From an uncultured Alphaproteobacteria bacterium (lineage in GTDB: Bacteria > Pseudomonadota > Alphaproteobacteria > Micavibrionales > Micavibrionaceae), in assembly GCA_937923625.1 (NCBI GenBank), contig CALDTV010000003.1, positions 59,845 to 123,844 of the forward strand: a DNA stretch of 64,000 nucleotides. The letters are read 5' to 3'. How positions within the stretch are numbered: position 1 is the first letter of the stretch; each line of letters starts with the position of its first letter. Position numbers and translations under genes: made by a program. A model generated the notes under the pieces. The model saw only the letters and a list, made by a program, of their open reading frames with translations, did no database searches and was not told the origin of the DNA. This document shows positions 47,368-57,825 of this stretch, one piece after another.

Positions 47368-47961
47368 TTATTTTTTATAAGCAAGAGCGCGCATGACATA
47401 TCGCGCCAGCATATCGACTTCGACATGAACTTTGTCACCTTCTTGCAACGTGCCTAAAGTCGTATGATCCCATGTGTGCGGAATAATGTTCACGCCAAAT
47501 TCGTTATGATTGACTTCATTAATCGTCAAAGATACGCCATTCAGCGTTACCGATCCTTTAGGTGCAATCATCGGGGCGAGATCATCAGCCACTGCAAAAG
47601 TTAAACGGTGCGAGTCTCCATCTGGTATAAGGCTTTTTAACTCAGCTAATCCATCAACGTGGCCAGACACAATATGCCCCCCCATTTCATCCCCCATTTT
47701 TAAGGCGCTCTCAAGATTAATTTTAGTTCCCTGCTCCCATGACCCAATATTAGTTTTCGCAAGGCTTTCAGCAGACACATCAACGTAAAAAACGTCGGCC
47801 TCTTTTTTAACAACCGTTAAGCAACATCCCCCACAAGCGATAGACGCGCCAATATCCGTTAAGGACAAATCGAAAGACGTTTGAATCCCAATGTGCCAAT
47901 CACCTTCTTTATTCGTGATAGATTGAACCGTGCCAATATCTGTAATAATTCCTGTAAACAT
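47368..47961 (-). CDS. ribE: riboflavin synthase alpha subunit
   Basis: MFTGIITDIGTV...; two lumazine-binding repeats; 197 aa. Confidence 0.85.
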   Translation of the reverse strand: MFTGIITDIGTVQSITNKEGDWHIGIQTSFDLSLTDIGASIACGGCCLTVVKKEADVFYVDVSAESLAKTNIGSWEQGTKINLESALKMGDEMGGHIVSGHVDGLAELKSLIPDGDSHRLTFAVADDLAPMIAPKGSVTLNGVSLTINEVNHNEFGVNIIPHTWDHTTLGTLQEGDKVHVEVDMLARYVMRALAYKK

Positions 47962-47970
47962 AATCTATCT

Positions 47971-48981
47971 CTATGGAACGCGTTTATAAATGTCCAGCGT
48001 ATCTGGCGCAAAAGTGAAACGCTCTTGATGTTTTAACGTCGTATGGCTTTCAATTTCTGCAATATCAAAATCATTGATGGCATTGATCCCATCATCAGGC
48101 AAATCATGTGGCGCTTTGTACCAATAAAATTCATCATATAATCCCGCGCGAATAAATGAGGAGAGCAACGCGCTACCACCTTCAACCATTAAGCGTGTGA
48201 TTCCCCCCTCAGAAATTTTTGCCATCGCGGTTTTTAAATCAGGCTCGGATAAGATCAGCGGATCATGGTCAAAGATTTTTTCCTTGCCCGTTAAACGTCC
48301 GCGGCGATCAAACACGATTATTTTTGCTTGGTGATCAATGCCTTCAAGTCGCGTCGTTAAGGAGGGATTATCAACCAGCACCGTATTCGCCCCCACCGCA
48401 ATCGCATCATGTTGGGAGCGTAAGAGATGCGCATGTTGCCGCGCCAGCTCCCCCGTAATCCATTTTGACTGCCCATTTACGTGGGCGATTTTGCCATTGT
48501 TTGATGTCGCGATTTTAAGTGTAATAAACGGACGCTGATTGGTTTGGGTCAAAAAAAATCCCTTATTCATTGCCAGCGCTTCGTCTTCCAATAGCCCCGT
48601 GGAAACTTCAATGCCCGCATCACGTAACATCTGTATCCCCTGCCCATTCACTTGTGGATTGGGATCAAGACATGAAACAAAAACTTTCTTAACGCCCGCA
48701 TCAATCAAGGCCTGCGCACATGGCCCTGTTTTACCTTGATGTGAACACGGCTCAAGGGTCACATAAGCCGTCGCCCCCCTCGCGCCTTTCCCTGCCTCAT
48801 TCAACGCATTAACTTCGGCGTGCGGCCTACCGCCATCGCTGGTGCGGCCACGGCCAATGATGCAATCATCTTTCACAAGAACACACCCCACAGATGGGTT
48901 CGGCGCAACACGCCCCAGCCCTGCTTGCGCCAGCATTAAAGCTTCACGCATATATTGAATATCTTTGGCGTCAAATTTCAT
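47971..48981 (-). CDS. ribD: bifunctional diaminohydroxyphosphoribosylaminopyrimidine deaminase / 5-amino-6-(5-phosphoribosylamino)uracil reductase
   Basis: CMP/dCMP-type deaminase zinc motif (HAEVNAL ... PCSHQGKTGPC) followed by the reductase domain; 336 aa. Confidence 0.88.
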   Translation of the reverse strand: MKFDAKDIQYMREALMLAQAGLGRVAPNPSVGCVLVKDDCIIGRGRTSDGGRPHAEVNALNEAGKGARGATAYVTLEPCSHQGKTGPCAQALIDAGVKKVFVSCLDPNPQVNGQGIQMLRDAGIEVSTGLLEDEALAMNKGFFLTQTNQRPFITLKIATSNNGKIAHVNGQSKWITGELARQHAHLLRSQHDAIAVGANTVLVDNPSLTTRLEGIDHQAKIIVFDRRGRLTGKEKIFDHDPLILSEPDLKTAMAKISEGGITRLMVEGGSALLSSFIRAGLYDEFYWYKAPHDLPDDGINAINDFDIAEIESHTTLKHQERFTFAPDTLDIYKRVP

Positions 48982-49062
48982 GCGTTTAAATCAACCTATA
49001 TCCCCCCAAATCACAAGCCGTTTTTAATTGACATAACGTTAAGCTCTTGTTAATGAAGGATC

Positions 49063-49425
49063 ATGAACAATAATTTATCTTTAGCATTAAAGTTTGCAAA
49101 AGCCGTAGGAATGGATCTCGTCACCGCTCCACAAAGGGTGTACACAACCATATTCAACTCAAATATCAATCAGGGGAGAGGTCGTATAGCCGCAATTGTC
49201 GGCTCAGCTATTGGGGGAACACTTTTACAGGGCTTCTCCGCTGGTGTGATTGCAACCAAAATGGCGCCCTACATCACAGGCGCACACCTGCCGCAAGCTT
49301 TTCTGGTCGCTGGCGCAGGCATTACGGCTTTATGTGGCGTCAGTGCTATTATTTCTGACGTTTATGAAAACGATCAACCAATGCCACGCACGCAACGTTT
49401 GATGAATGAGATGGGAATTCAATAA
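49063..49425 (+). CDS. hypothetical small Gly/Ala-rich hydrophobic protein (paralog A)
   Basis: 120 aa. Near-consensus promoter TTGACA-N17-TAATGA and SD GAAGGA. The N-terminus LSLALKFAKAVGMDLVTAP is similar to the downstream paralog. Confidence 0.42.
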   Translation: MNNNLSLALKFAKAVGMDLVTAPQRVYTTIFNSNINQGRGRIAAIVGSAIGGTLLQGFSAGVIATKMAPYITGAHLPQAFLVAGAGITALCGVSAIISDVYENDQPMPRTQRLMNEMGIQ

Positions 49426-49545
49426 GCATTTTGTAGGCCTCGATCTTACCAATTTCAAGATTTACAAATGAGCAACACATATATTGACATAAAAGTTTAT
49501 TGAATATATGTATATATTTCTGACTTAATACATAAGGAGTCCATT

Positions 49546-49914
49546 ATGAAAGCCCAAAAAATGCTATCGGCCTTTAAGGACGCCGCAAGAAACGTAGGTC
49601 ACTATCTTGTCAGCCCATTTATGGCGGCGAAAGAGCATTTCAAAGTTAACGCAAAGCGTAATGATGTCACCACTTTTAAAAACATCAGATCAACAGTATC
49701 TCACTTTATTTCGGAAGCATCCGTAGATTACGGCTTAATTGCTTGCTTTGCTGGCGCAGGCTACATTGCGCCTGCCATTGTAGAAAAAGCGTTAATGCTA
49801 CCTGCTGAAATCCCTTTAATGCCGACACCAATTACAGTTATACCTGCGGCTGCTGTGGCAACGGCTGGCTTAATATACACGGCAAATATGTTCCCTGCGC
49901 CAACTAGATCTTAA
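49546..49914 (+). CDS. hypothetical small Gly/Ala-rich hydrophobic protein (paralog B)
   Basis: 122 aa. TTGACA -35 with a TATA-rich -10 and a strong SD AAGGAG 7 nt before the ATG. The N-terminus LSAFKDAARNVGHYLVSP is similar to paralog A. Confidence 0.42.
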   Translation: MKAQKMLSAFKDAARNVGHYLVSPFMAAKEHFKVNAKRNDVTTFKNIRSTVSHFISEASVDYGLIACFAGAGYIAPAIVEKALMLPAEIPLMPTPITVIPAAAVATAGLIYTANMFPAPTRS

Positions 49915-50438
49915 GGCTTTTTCTTAGATACTTTTGGCATATTGGCCGCTTGAAGATCCTGCACCTCTTGGAGGAAGGCATTGAAATCTTCAGGTTCGCT
50001 GAAATTTTTGTAGACGGACGCGTAACGAATATAGCCGACCACATCAAGATTAATCAGCGCCTGCATCACCAGATCCCCGACATATAATGAAGAGAATTCA
50101 TTATCACCCTTGCTCTCTAACTGGCGTACAATACCCGTCACAGCCTTTTCAATTTGCTCTGTGGTAACGGGGCGTTTTTGCAAGGCCACTTCCATTGAGC
50201 GCATAATTTTCTCACGGTCAAATGGTTGGCGTTTACCATCTGATTTTACAATCATAATATCGCGCAATTGAATACGTTCAAACGTTGTAAAACGCCCCCC
50301 ACATTCCGAGCAAACACGGCGGCGGCGAATAGAGGAATTATCCTCTGTTGGGCGCGAGTCCTTTACTTGTATTCCATCACTTTGGCAAAACGGGCATCTC
50401 ATATACGGCACACTTTCATAAGAGTCATAAAGCACCAC
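49911..50438 (-). CDS. nrdR: transcriptional repressor NrdR
   Basis: MRCPFCQSDGIQVKDSRP...RRRVCSECGGRFTTFE zinc ribbon plus an ATP-cone. The true start is probably the internal Met (MRCPFC) about 36 nt inside the tracked ORF. Confidence 0.88.
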   Translation of the reverse strand: MVLYDSYESVPYMRCPFCQSDGIQVKDSRPTEDNSSIRRRRVCSECGGRFTTFERIQLRDIMIVKSDGKRQPFDREKIMRSMEVALQKRPVTTEQIEKAVTGIVRQLESKGDNEFSSLYVGDLVMQALINLDVVGYIRYASVYKNFSEPEDFNAFLQEVQDLQAANMPKVSKKKP

Positions 50439-50508
50439 GCGGCAATCCAGTTTAGAAAAAACTATTCTGGATTGCTTCGCCTAAATAAATTTAGGCGCGC
50501 ATTGACGT

Positions 50509-51822
50509 TTAGCGATAAATCGGAAACTTCTCACACAATTCACGCACCGCGGCTTTTACTTCTGCTTCGTTGTTGGTTGAAACAGTTTTATCTTCCGCTT
50601 CTTCCAGCGCATCCAAAATATCCGCGATCATGTTTCCAACGCTGGTGAATTCTTCTGTGCCAAAACCGCGTGTGGTTGGGGCTGGCGTTCCCAAACGAAT
50701 ACCAGATGTTGTGAAGGGCCCTTCTGGGTCATTCGGCACAGTATTTTTGTTACAGGTTAATCCCGCACGATCCAGCGCTTTTTCCGCATGTTTACCGAAG
50801 AAAGATTTACCGCGAAGGTCAACAATCATCACGTGGCTGTCCGTTCCGCCAGACACAATATTATATCCACGCGCTTGTAAGCTTGCGGCCAGTGCGCGGC
50901 AATTATCAATTACTTGTTGTGAATATGCTTTGAACTCTGGCTTGAGGGCTTCACCAAATGCCACTGCTTTGGCCGCAATAACATGCATCAAAGGGCCACC
51001 TTGCAAACCAGGGAAAACCGCCATATTGAAACCTTTAGAATATTTTTCATCATTCCAAAGAATTAAACCGCCGCGCGGGCCACGAATGGATTTGTGCGTT
51101 GTTGTCGTACAAACATCCGCATATGGTAACGGCGATGGATACACACCCGCCGCGATTAAACCAGAATAATGCGCCATATCAATCATCAACAACGCGCCCA
51201 CTTCGTCGGCAATTTCACGGAATTTCGCCCAGTCAATCACACGCGAATAAGCAGACGCACCACAAACAATCATTTTTGGTTTGTGCGAACGTGCCTTGGC
51301 GCGCACTTCATCAAAATCAATCTGTTGGTCATCATCGCTAACGCCGTATGATTCAAAATCAAACCACTTACCTGATTGATTAACAGGCGACCCATGAGTC
51401 AAATGCCCACCGTGATCGAGACGCATGCCAAGGATTTTATCGCCTGGCTCTAATAATGCCAAATAAACCGCTTGGTTGGCTTGCGCGCCAGAATGCGGTT
51501 GCACGTTAGCAAATTTACAATCGAATAATTTTGTCACACGCTCAATCGCGATGTTTTCCGCAACGTCTACATGCTCACACCCGCCATAATAACGCTTCCC
51601 CGGAAGACCTTCAGCATATTTGTTGGTGAAGATTGACCCTTGGGCATCCAATACCGCTTGAGAAACAATGTTTTCAGAGGGGATCAATTCAATCGAATAT
51701 TGTTGACGCTCCATTTCTTTTTCAATGGCGTCGTGAATAGCGGGATCAGTTTCACTTAACGGGGCGGTGAAAAAATTATCTGGTGTCATATCGTTATCTT
51801 TCATGGCTGTTACGTTACTCAT
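50509..51822 (-). CDS. glyA: serine hydroxymethyltransferase
   Basis: [18 protein letters not shown]; PLP-lysine context [14 protein letters not shown]; 437 aa. Confidence 0.93.
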   Translation of the reverse strand: MSNVTAMKDNDMTPDNFFTAPLSETDPAIHDAIEKEMERQQYSIELIPSENIVSQAVLDAQGSIFTNKYAEGLPGKRYYGGCEHVDVAENIAIERVTKLFDCKFANVQPHSGAQANQAVYLALLEPGDKILGMRLDHGGHLTHGSPVNQSGKWFDFESYGVSDDDQQIDFDEVRAKARSHKPKMIVCGASAYSRVIDWAKFREIADEVGALLMIDMAHYSGLIAAGVYPSPLPYADVCTTTTHKSIRGPRGGLILWNDEKYSKGFNMAVFPGLQGGPLMHVIAAKAVAFGEALKPEFKAYSQQVIDNCRALAASLQARGYNIVSGGTDSHVMIVDLRGKSFFGKHAEKALDRAGLTCNKNTVPNDPEGPFTTSGIRLGTPAPTTRGFGTEEFTSVGNMIADILDALEEAEDKTVSTNNEAEVKAAVRELCEKFPIYR

Positions 51823-51846
51823 GGGGTTAGGCTCCTTTGGATTTGG

Positions 51847-52281
51847 CTAATTGGGGTTATTCAATTTTTCTACGCGGGGGGCGTGTCGCCCGCCTTCAAA
51901 ATCAGTTTCTAAGAATTCTTGGACAATCTCTGCGGCCAGAACATCGCCTGTAATACGGGCGCCGAGGCATAAAACATTCGCATCATTATGCTCGCGGGTT
52001 AACTTCGCCATCGTTGTATTAGTACAAAGCGCCGCACGAATTTGGCTGTGGCGGTTACAGGCCATCGAAATGCCAATACCCGTACCGCAAATAGCAATGC
52101 CAAAATCTGCTTCGCCTTCAGCCACAGCCTCCGCCAGCGCATGACCATAATCAGGGTAATCAACCGATTTTTTGGCATTATCCGTGCCCAAATCAATCCA
52201 TTTGACCTTAAAACTATCTTTAATATAGTTTTTTAGCGCGACACCACCATGGTCGCAAGCTATAGCCACTTTTAATTTCAT
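51847..52281 (-). CDS. rpiB: ribose-5-phosphate isomerase B
   Basis: Start at the internal ATG (MKLKVAIACDHGG). RpiB/LacAB family motifs (GTGIGISMAC). Confidence 0.83.
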   Translation of the reverse strand: MKLKVAIACDHGGVALKNYIKDSFKVKWIDLGTDNAKKSVDYPDYGHALAEAVAEGEADFGIAICGTGIGISMACNRHSQIRAALCTNTTMAKLTREHNDANVLCLGARITGDVLAAEIVQEFLETDFEGGRHAPRVEKLNNPN

Positions 52282-52436
52282 AAGAGTTTTATAAGGTTTC
52301 ACCTTGTTTCTTTCAACCACAATTTCGCGCTTATACAAGCCTAAAATACTTTAAAAAATTTGAGTTTTAGCTGATATTTATTATTTACATAATTGAAAAT
52401 ATCATGTAATGTTTTGATCTGTAACTAAAAATTTAT

Positions 52437-52757
52437 TTGGGATATATTATGAGAATAGTCAGAGGTAATGACAATAATGTTACACGCATGGAACAAACTA
52501 TACCAATAAATGCTGTCTCACCTTCAGGAAAAGAGATAAGATTTGATTTAAACGCCCATTTCATAAAAACTTCAACACATTCTCCTAGCCCTGATGGATT
52601 TGTGAATGGCTTTGATAAAGAAATTCACACTAATCACCCTTGGCTAAAAGGCTATCAATTATTTACCAACGAAGAGGGATTAGCGGTTCACTTGAATCAA
52701 ATTGCCAGGCATAACCGAGGCATACCAAATATAATAACGACAAGACCTATGAGATAA
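52437..52757 (+). CDS. hypothetical protein
   Basis: 106 aa ORF; no recognisable domain. Its 3' end overlaps the convergent small ORF 52747..52953 by 11 nt. Confidence 0.3.
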   Translation: MGYIMRIVRGNDNNVTRMEQTIPINAVSPSGKEIRFDLNAHFIKTSTHSPSPDGFVNGFDKEIHTNHPWLKGYQLFTNEEGLAVHLNQIARHNRGIPNIITTRPMR

Positions 52758-52953
52758 TTTCTTTTTTCTTCAGGACATATTCAAGACGCTTTAGCGCATT
52801 AAGTCTCAATGTCTCCTCCCCTGCACTTTTGGGACCTTGAATAGAGATTTCGGTGAGGGTGGCCGTGTCCATGGCTGTGACCTTGACCAATTGCCCGATA
52901 GGGTGAAATTCAATAATAATCTCTCGTCTTTTTAGGGCATCGCTAACATTCAT
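52747..52953 (-). CDS. hypothetical small protein
   Basis: 68 aa (MNVSDALKRREIIIEFHPIGQLVKVTAMDTATLTEISIQGPKSAGEETLRLNALKRLEYVL); plausible composition. Confidence 0.35.
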   Translation of the reverse strand: MNVSDALKRREIIIEFHPIGQLVKVTAMDTATLTEISIQGPKSAGEETLRLNALKRLEYVLKKKEIIS

Positions 52954-53007
52954 ACGTTTTTATAAACCACGAATGAACATGAATAAACATGAATTATTCT
53001 TTATTGC

Positions 53008-53637
53008 TTACCCCAATCCTAATTGAGCCCGTATCATTTCTTCTGGCACTTCCATCGCATAATCAGGTAAAGGCGCATCGCCCTCGACCATGTATCGGCG
53101 CAGTAAAGGGCAAGCCTTATCACCAACAATTTTGAGGTTTCTGGTTGCGTTGCTTTCGACGCCTGAACCTTCTTTGTAGATTCCGCCGTTAAACCATGCT
53201 TGCGTTAGGACGATGCGATGTAACTTTAAGTCGCCTTTTTCCGCTAAAATATCATCCATATTTGCGGCGTAATCATCCCGCCCCGCGCATAAAGCTCTAA
53301 TCGCTCTCTCTCGCTCGTCATAGCTTACAGGTAAGAGTGATGCTGGTAAGTCATCCTTTGAAACCACTTGTGCAAAACCATCAAAATAGAGATTAAATCC
53401 CGTTCCTGGTTTAGGCGGACGAATGAGCATACTACCCCCAACACGGGGATCACTAGCAATATGCGTTGATTTTGCACTTGTTGCCTCGCTTAGAAAATAC
53501 AGAGATAAACCGTGTCCATGCGTAACACGGGCATTCGACGGATGCGGCCTGCCATCTTCCCGTGTCGTTGATAGATAGATGAACGAAGCTTCCCTATAAA
53601 GAGCTTTGATTGTATCAATTGTTACGAAGTCATCCAT
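53008..53637 (-). CDS. hypothetical protein, possibly with a pyridoxamine 5'-phosphate oxidase-like split-barrel fold
   Basis: 209 aa. The pattern ...ASFIYLSTTREDGRPHPSNARVTHG...LYFLSEATSAKSTHIASDPRVGGSML... loosely resembles PNPOx-like FMN-binding proteins. Weak. Confidence 0.4.
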   Translation of the reverse strand: MDDFVTIDTIKALYREASFIYLSTTREDGRPHPSNARVTHGHGLSLYFLSEATSAKSTHIASDPRVGGSMLIRPPKPGTGFNLYFDGFAQVVSKDDLPASLLPVSYDERERAIRALCAGRDDYAANMDDILAEKGDLKLHRIVLTQAWFNGGIYKEGSGVESNATRNLKIVGDKACPLLRRYMVEGDAPLPDYAMEVPEEMIRAQLGLG

Positions 53638-53727
53638 ACGATAACATAAAACCTCAAAAAAAATTATGTCAATAAATTTATCTTTTTTGTTAACTATTTC
53701 AATAACACCCTATGATAAACTAAAGGC

Positions 53728-54903
53728 ATGACAAGAGCAGAATTTGATTGGCAAGACCCCCTCCTCCTCAATGAGATATTGAGCGAAGAAGACCGTATGA
53801 TCCGCGACAGCGCCCATGATTTTGCGCAAAAGGAGTTAATGCCCGGCATTATCGAAGCCAACCGTCACGAAAAATTTGATCCCGCCATTATGAAACAAAT
53901 GGGTGCGATGGGACTGTTGGGGGCGACGCTACAGGGGTATGATTGCCCCGGCGTTTCTTACACGGCCTATGGCTTGATCGCGCGGGAGATGGAGCGCGTG
54001 GATAGTGGCTATCGCTCCGCGCTTTCTGTGCAATCATCCTTGGTGATGTACCCAATTTATACCTTTGGATCAGACGCGCAGAAGGAGAAATATCTCCTCG
54101 GCCTTGCCAGTGGGGAGCTGATTGGCTGTTTCGGTTTGACTGAGCCTGATGGCGGATCAAACCCCGCCACGATGATTACCCGCGCGAAATCCGTTAAGGG
54201 CGGTTACAGCCTAAGCGGTGCGAAACAATGGATTACCAATTCCCCCATCGCCGATGTGTTTGTGGTGTGGGCAAAAGATGATGACGGTAAAATCATTGGC
54301 TTGATTTTAGATAAAGGCATGGAGGGCTTAACCGCGCCGAAGATTGAGGGGAAATTCTCCCTCCGCGCATCCATCACAGGCGGTATTTCAATGGATGAGG
54401 TTTTTGTCCCCGAAGAAAATAAACTGCCCGAAGCGGATAGCTTGAAAGCACCGTTCATGTGCCTGAATTCTGCGAGATACGGCATTTCTTGGGGGGTGAT
54501 GGGCGCGGCGGAAGCGTGCTGGCACGTCGCCCGAGATTACGTTATGGAGCGCAGTGTCTATGGCGGCCCATTGGCAGGACACCAATTGGTGCAAAAGAAA
54601 TTAGCCGATATTCAAACCGAAATCACTTTGGGGCTTATCAGCGCCCACCGCCTTGGCCAGTTAAAAGATGACGGACGCGCCCCACCCGAAGCGATCTCCA
54701 TGATGAAGCGCAATAATTGCGGCAAAGCCTTGGACATTGCCCGCATTTGCCGTGATATGTTAGGCGGTAACGGTATTGCCGATGAGTACCACGTTATCCG
54801 CCACATGATGAATCTTGAGGCCGTCAACACATACGAAGGCACACACGACATTCACGCCCTTATCCTAGGGCGCGCGCAAACAGATATTGCAGCGTTTGAA
54901 TAG
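53728..54903 (+). CDS. gcdH: glutaryl-CoA dehydrogenase (acyl-CoA dehydrogenase family)
   Basis: 391 aa. Collinear with GCDH (FDWQDPLLL...; [14 protein letters not shown]; [23 protein letters not shown]-terminus). Confidence 0.83.
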   Translation: MTRAEFDWQDPLLLNEILSEEDRMIRDSAHDFAQKELMPGIIEANRHEKFDPAIMKQMGAMGLLGATLQGYDCPGVSYTAYGLIAREMERVDSGYRSALSVQSSLVMYPIYTFGSDAQKEKYLLGLASGELIGCFGLTEPDGGSNPATMITRAKSVKGGYSLSGAKQWITNSPIADVFVVWAKDDDGKIIGLILDKGMEGLTAPKIEGKFSLRASITGGISMDEVFVPEENKLPEADSLKAPFMCLNSARYGISWGVMGAAEACWHVARDYVMERSVYGGPLAGHQLVQKKLADIQTEITLGLISAHRLGQLKDDGRAPPEAISMMKRNNCGKALDIARICRDMLGGNGIADEYHVIRHMMNLEAVNTYEGTHDIHALILGRAQTDIAAFE

Positions 54904-54971
54904 CCCTCTTGAATTATTGACATAATAAATAAACTTCTGTACTTTCTCATGAGAAAAACAGGAGTATCTTT

Positions 54972-55250
54972 ATGTTAAAATTTTGGAGAGCCGCCCCCAG
55001 ATTAAAAGTAGGCGAAACTTACTACATTAATTTTCCTGATCTTTTCAGGGACGCTGTTTTTTTCGCTCAGCAAGACGGAAAGCGCGTTCCCCTTAACGCT
55101 GAGAATCTAAAAATTTTTACAAGGTTAAAATGTACGGGAAAAGGCAGTGGCGGTTGGCCTGTATTATCTTCAGAAGAAACAGGCATAGAATTTCAAACGA
55201 ATTACCGCTCCCGCGCAGGAATAAAGGCAATAGGGTTAGAGCCACGATGA
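54972..55250 (+). CDS. hypothetical protein
   Basis: 92 aa ORF with SD-like AGGAG upstream; no recognisable domain. Confidence 0.3.
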   Translation: MLKFWRAAPRLKVGETYYINFPDLFRDAVFFAQQDGKRVPLNAENLKIFTRLKCTGKGSGGWPVLSSEETGIEFQTNYRSRAGIKAIGLEPR

Positions 55251-55314
55251 AACATTGATGCAGGACGCAATATGAAACACGTTAAAATAAAACAATACCC
55301 TTCAGCAGTTTTTT

Positions 55315-55662
55315 TTACTTCATTCTGAGCCCAAGCCAAAAAGGATATTGAAGATTTTTTGAGCCTGTTGGCGCTTTTAGTTCTCTTTTGTAGCTATTAG
55401 CAAAAGATTCGGCGGGAATACGCGTCTGCCAATGTTGTGATCGCGCATCAATTCGCAAGGTAGGAAGAATTAAATCTGCGGTATTTCTTTTAAAAAAATT
55501 AAAATCATTCACACCATTAAAAAGACCGAAATTAATAAGATCATCCATATACGCATCAAACACCTCAGCGGAATAAATATGCCCGCCATAATGCTGCGCT
55601 CTATCAGCCATATAGCTCTGCGCGGCATGCGTCCAATGTGTCATTAAAATATCGGAAATCAT
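55315..55662 (-). CDS. hypothetical protein
   Basis: 115 aa ORF. An interrupted ORF lies directly upstream on the same strand, so the two could be remnants of one larger degraded gene. Confidence 0.3.
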   Translation of the reverse strand: MISDILMTHWTHAAQSYMADRAQHYGGHIYSAEVFDAYMDDLINFGLFNGVNDFNFFKRNTADLILPTLRIDARSQHWQTRIPAESFANSYKRELKAPTGSKNLQYPFWLGLRMK

Positions 55663-55685
55663 GATTTTTTATATTAGGTTCTCTC

Positions 55686-55975
55686 AAACACTTTTGGGTA
55701 AGCTAATTTTATATGAGCTGAAACAGTTCCTGTACTAGGCTTATTGGTATCAATATCTTTTTGAATTTCAGCCATAATTAAATCTTTATGCGCCGTAATG
55801 TTCTCATCATTTATGTGAGTTAACGTTGGTCGATTAGATAGCCTAGAAATATAGCTAGAATAAGCACCTTTAGTTGGACGAAATATCGTCGAGGTTTTGG
55901 GGTCGGCAATGTCTGCCTATGCTATCTCTATCGCAGCATCACGCCAAGTTTCTTTGAGAGGTTTTGTCAACATAG
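55686..55975 (-). pseudogene. interrupted ORF (in-frame TAG), possible gene remnant
   Basis: The minus frame reads MLTKPLKETWRDAAIEIA*ADIADPKTSTIFRPTKGAYSSYISRLSNRPTLTHINDENITAHKDLIMAEIQKDIDTNKPSTGTVSAHIKLAYPKVFERT*. A single reading frame is broken by one TAG. Confidence 0.25.
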
Positions 55976-56100
55976 ACTTTATATGACAATTTAATCATAT
56001 TATGTCAACAATTTTACTCACTTAAACTGTTGTCGTAAGGGGCGTACGACACAATTTTAGCATTTAAACATAAGCCAGTTTATAAATTTAACAGGAAAAC

Positions 56101-56574
56101 TTATTCCCCATCTGGCGTCCCTAGGCCGTTAAATTGGCTTTGGGCATTCCAGAAATGCTCGATGTTTTTAAGGGTTTGAATTGTTTCTTTTAAACTTTCT
56201 GGCGTTAGCTTTGTGCCCTCTAATTTGCTGTTATGACGGGCGAACATTTCGTTTAAAATGGCGAATAATTCTTTGCCTTTATCCGATAAGCTCACACGGA
56301 TGGAGCGCTTATCATGCACCGAACGATTTTGTTCAATATAGCCATTCTCCGTCATTTTCTTCACGTTATAAGACACGTTAGAACCAAGGTAATAGCCGCG
56401 TAAAGTCAGCTCCCCCACGGTCATGTCATCATGTCCAATATTATACAAAATCATCGCTTGCACGTTATTGATATCTTGCACCTGTTTGCGGTCTAATTCC
56501 ATTTTCACCACATCCAAAAAATAACGGTGGAGACGTTCAATCATCTGAATAGCGTCATAATAAGGTGTGTTCAT
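56101..56574 (-). CDS. MarR-family transcriptional regulator
   Basis: Winged-helix region (DDMTVGELTLRGYYLGSNVSYNVKKMTENGYIEQNRSVHDKRSIRVSLSDKG). Start at the internal ATG (MNTPYYDAIQ). Confidence 0.72.
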   Translation of the reverse strand: MNTPYYDAIQMIERLHRYFLDVVKMELDRKQVQDINNVQAMILYNIGHDDMTVGELTLRGYYLGSNVSYNVKKMTENGYIEQNRSVHDKRSIRVSLSDKGKELFAILNEMFARHNSKLEGTKLTPESLKETIQTLKNIEHFWNAQSQFNGLGTPDGE

Positions 56575-56722
56575 GCGTTTTATTCCCCAAAATTCCTTTG
56601 TTAATAGTATCGTGCCAGAGCATTCGATCATTTACAATCCCATCTAAATATAATAGTGAAAAGTAACGGTTTTGCCGCGAGGCCTAGCCCCGCTTTACAA
56701 TAATAAAAGATTTGATAAGTTC

Positions 56723-57817
56723 ATGAGCGATTCCACCAACGATAAAATCAAGGCATTATTGCCAGAGAACCTGACTGAGCCGAAATCACACGCTGAGCTG
56801 ATGAAACATAAGCGCCTGACGGAGAATGCTTTTCCGCATGTGCGTATGCGCCGTTTACGTCAACAAGCCGGCATTCGCCAAATGGTGCAGGAAAATTCGG
56901 TGCAGGTCACAGATTTGATCTATCCGATGTTTGTCGAAGAAAATATTGATAAGCCCGTGGCGATCCCATCCATGCCGGGCGTCGTGCGGGAGACAGAAAA
57001 AACATTAGAAGGCCGCATGAAAGAGGTTGCGGCATCGGGTGTTCCTGCTGTCATGCTTTTTGGCGTCTCGCACAATAAAGACCATAGCGGCAGTGATTCA
57101 ACTGATCCCAATGGGCTCATGGCGCGTATGATTCATACCGCGAAAAAAGCCGCGCCCGATGTCACCATCATCGCGGATTTATGCTTTTGCGAATATACCG
57201 ACCACGGCCATTGCGGCCCAATTGGCTTAGACGGTGATGTTGATAATGATAAAACTGTTGAGAATATTGCCATGCAAGCCGTTATTGCCGCTGAAGCTGG
57301 CGCAGATATGGTCGCCCCCAGCGGCATGATGGACGGACAAGTTTCTGCCATTCGCCATGCCTTGGATGTCACTGGATTTTCCCATGTGCCCATCATGGCC
57401 TATGCCGCGAAATTTGCGTCTGTCTTTTATGGCCCGTTCCGCGATGCAGCGGGTTGCTCCTTGGGGCATGATGAAAATGTTCCACGTGATCGCAAATCTT
57501 ACCAGCTTGATCCCGCCAATGGTCGCCAAGCCATTCGAGACGCGCTGATGGATGAACAAGAAGGCGCGGATATCATGATGGTCAAACCCGGTATGCCCTA
57601 TTTGGATATTCTTGCTAAATTACGGGATAAAACCGAACTCCCCCTCGCTGCGTACCAAATAAGTGGTGAATATGCGATGATCCGCCTTGCCGCCGAAGCT
57701 GGTGCGCTGGATTATCAATCCGCGATGATGGAAAGTTTAATGGCGTTCAAACGTGCCGGCGCCGATATGATCCTCACCTACTCCGCCCTTGATGTCGCGC
57801 AGTGGTTAAGTAAGTAA
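56723..57817 (+). CDS. hemB: porphobilinogen synthase (delta-aminolevulinic acid dehydratase)
   Basis: FPHVRMRRLRQQAGIRQMVQENSVQVTDLIYPMFV; active-site Lys region SGEYAMIRLAAEAG. The tracked ORF begins at an upstream TTG; the ATG at 56723 gives the usual length. Confidence 0.88.
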   Translation: MSDSTNDKIKALLPENLTEPKSHAELMKHKRLTENAFPHVRMRRLRQQAGIRQMVQENSVQVTDLIYPMFVEENIDKPVAIPSMPGVVRETEKTLEGRMKEVAASGVPAVMLFGVSHNKDHSGSDSTDPNGLMARMIHTAKKAAPDVTIIADLCFCEYTDHGHCGPIGLDGDVDNDKTVENIAMQAVIAAEAGADMVAPSGMMDGQVSAIRHALDVTGFSHVPIMAYAAKFASVFYGPFRDAAGCSLGHDENVPRDRKSYQLDPANGRQAIRDALMDEQEGADIMMVKPGMPYLDILAKLRDKTELPLAAYQISGEYAMIRLAAEAGALDYQSAMMESLMAFKRAGADMILTYSALDVAQWLSK

Positions 57818-57825
57818 AACACCAC

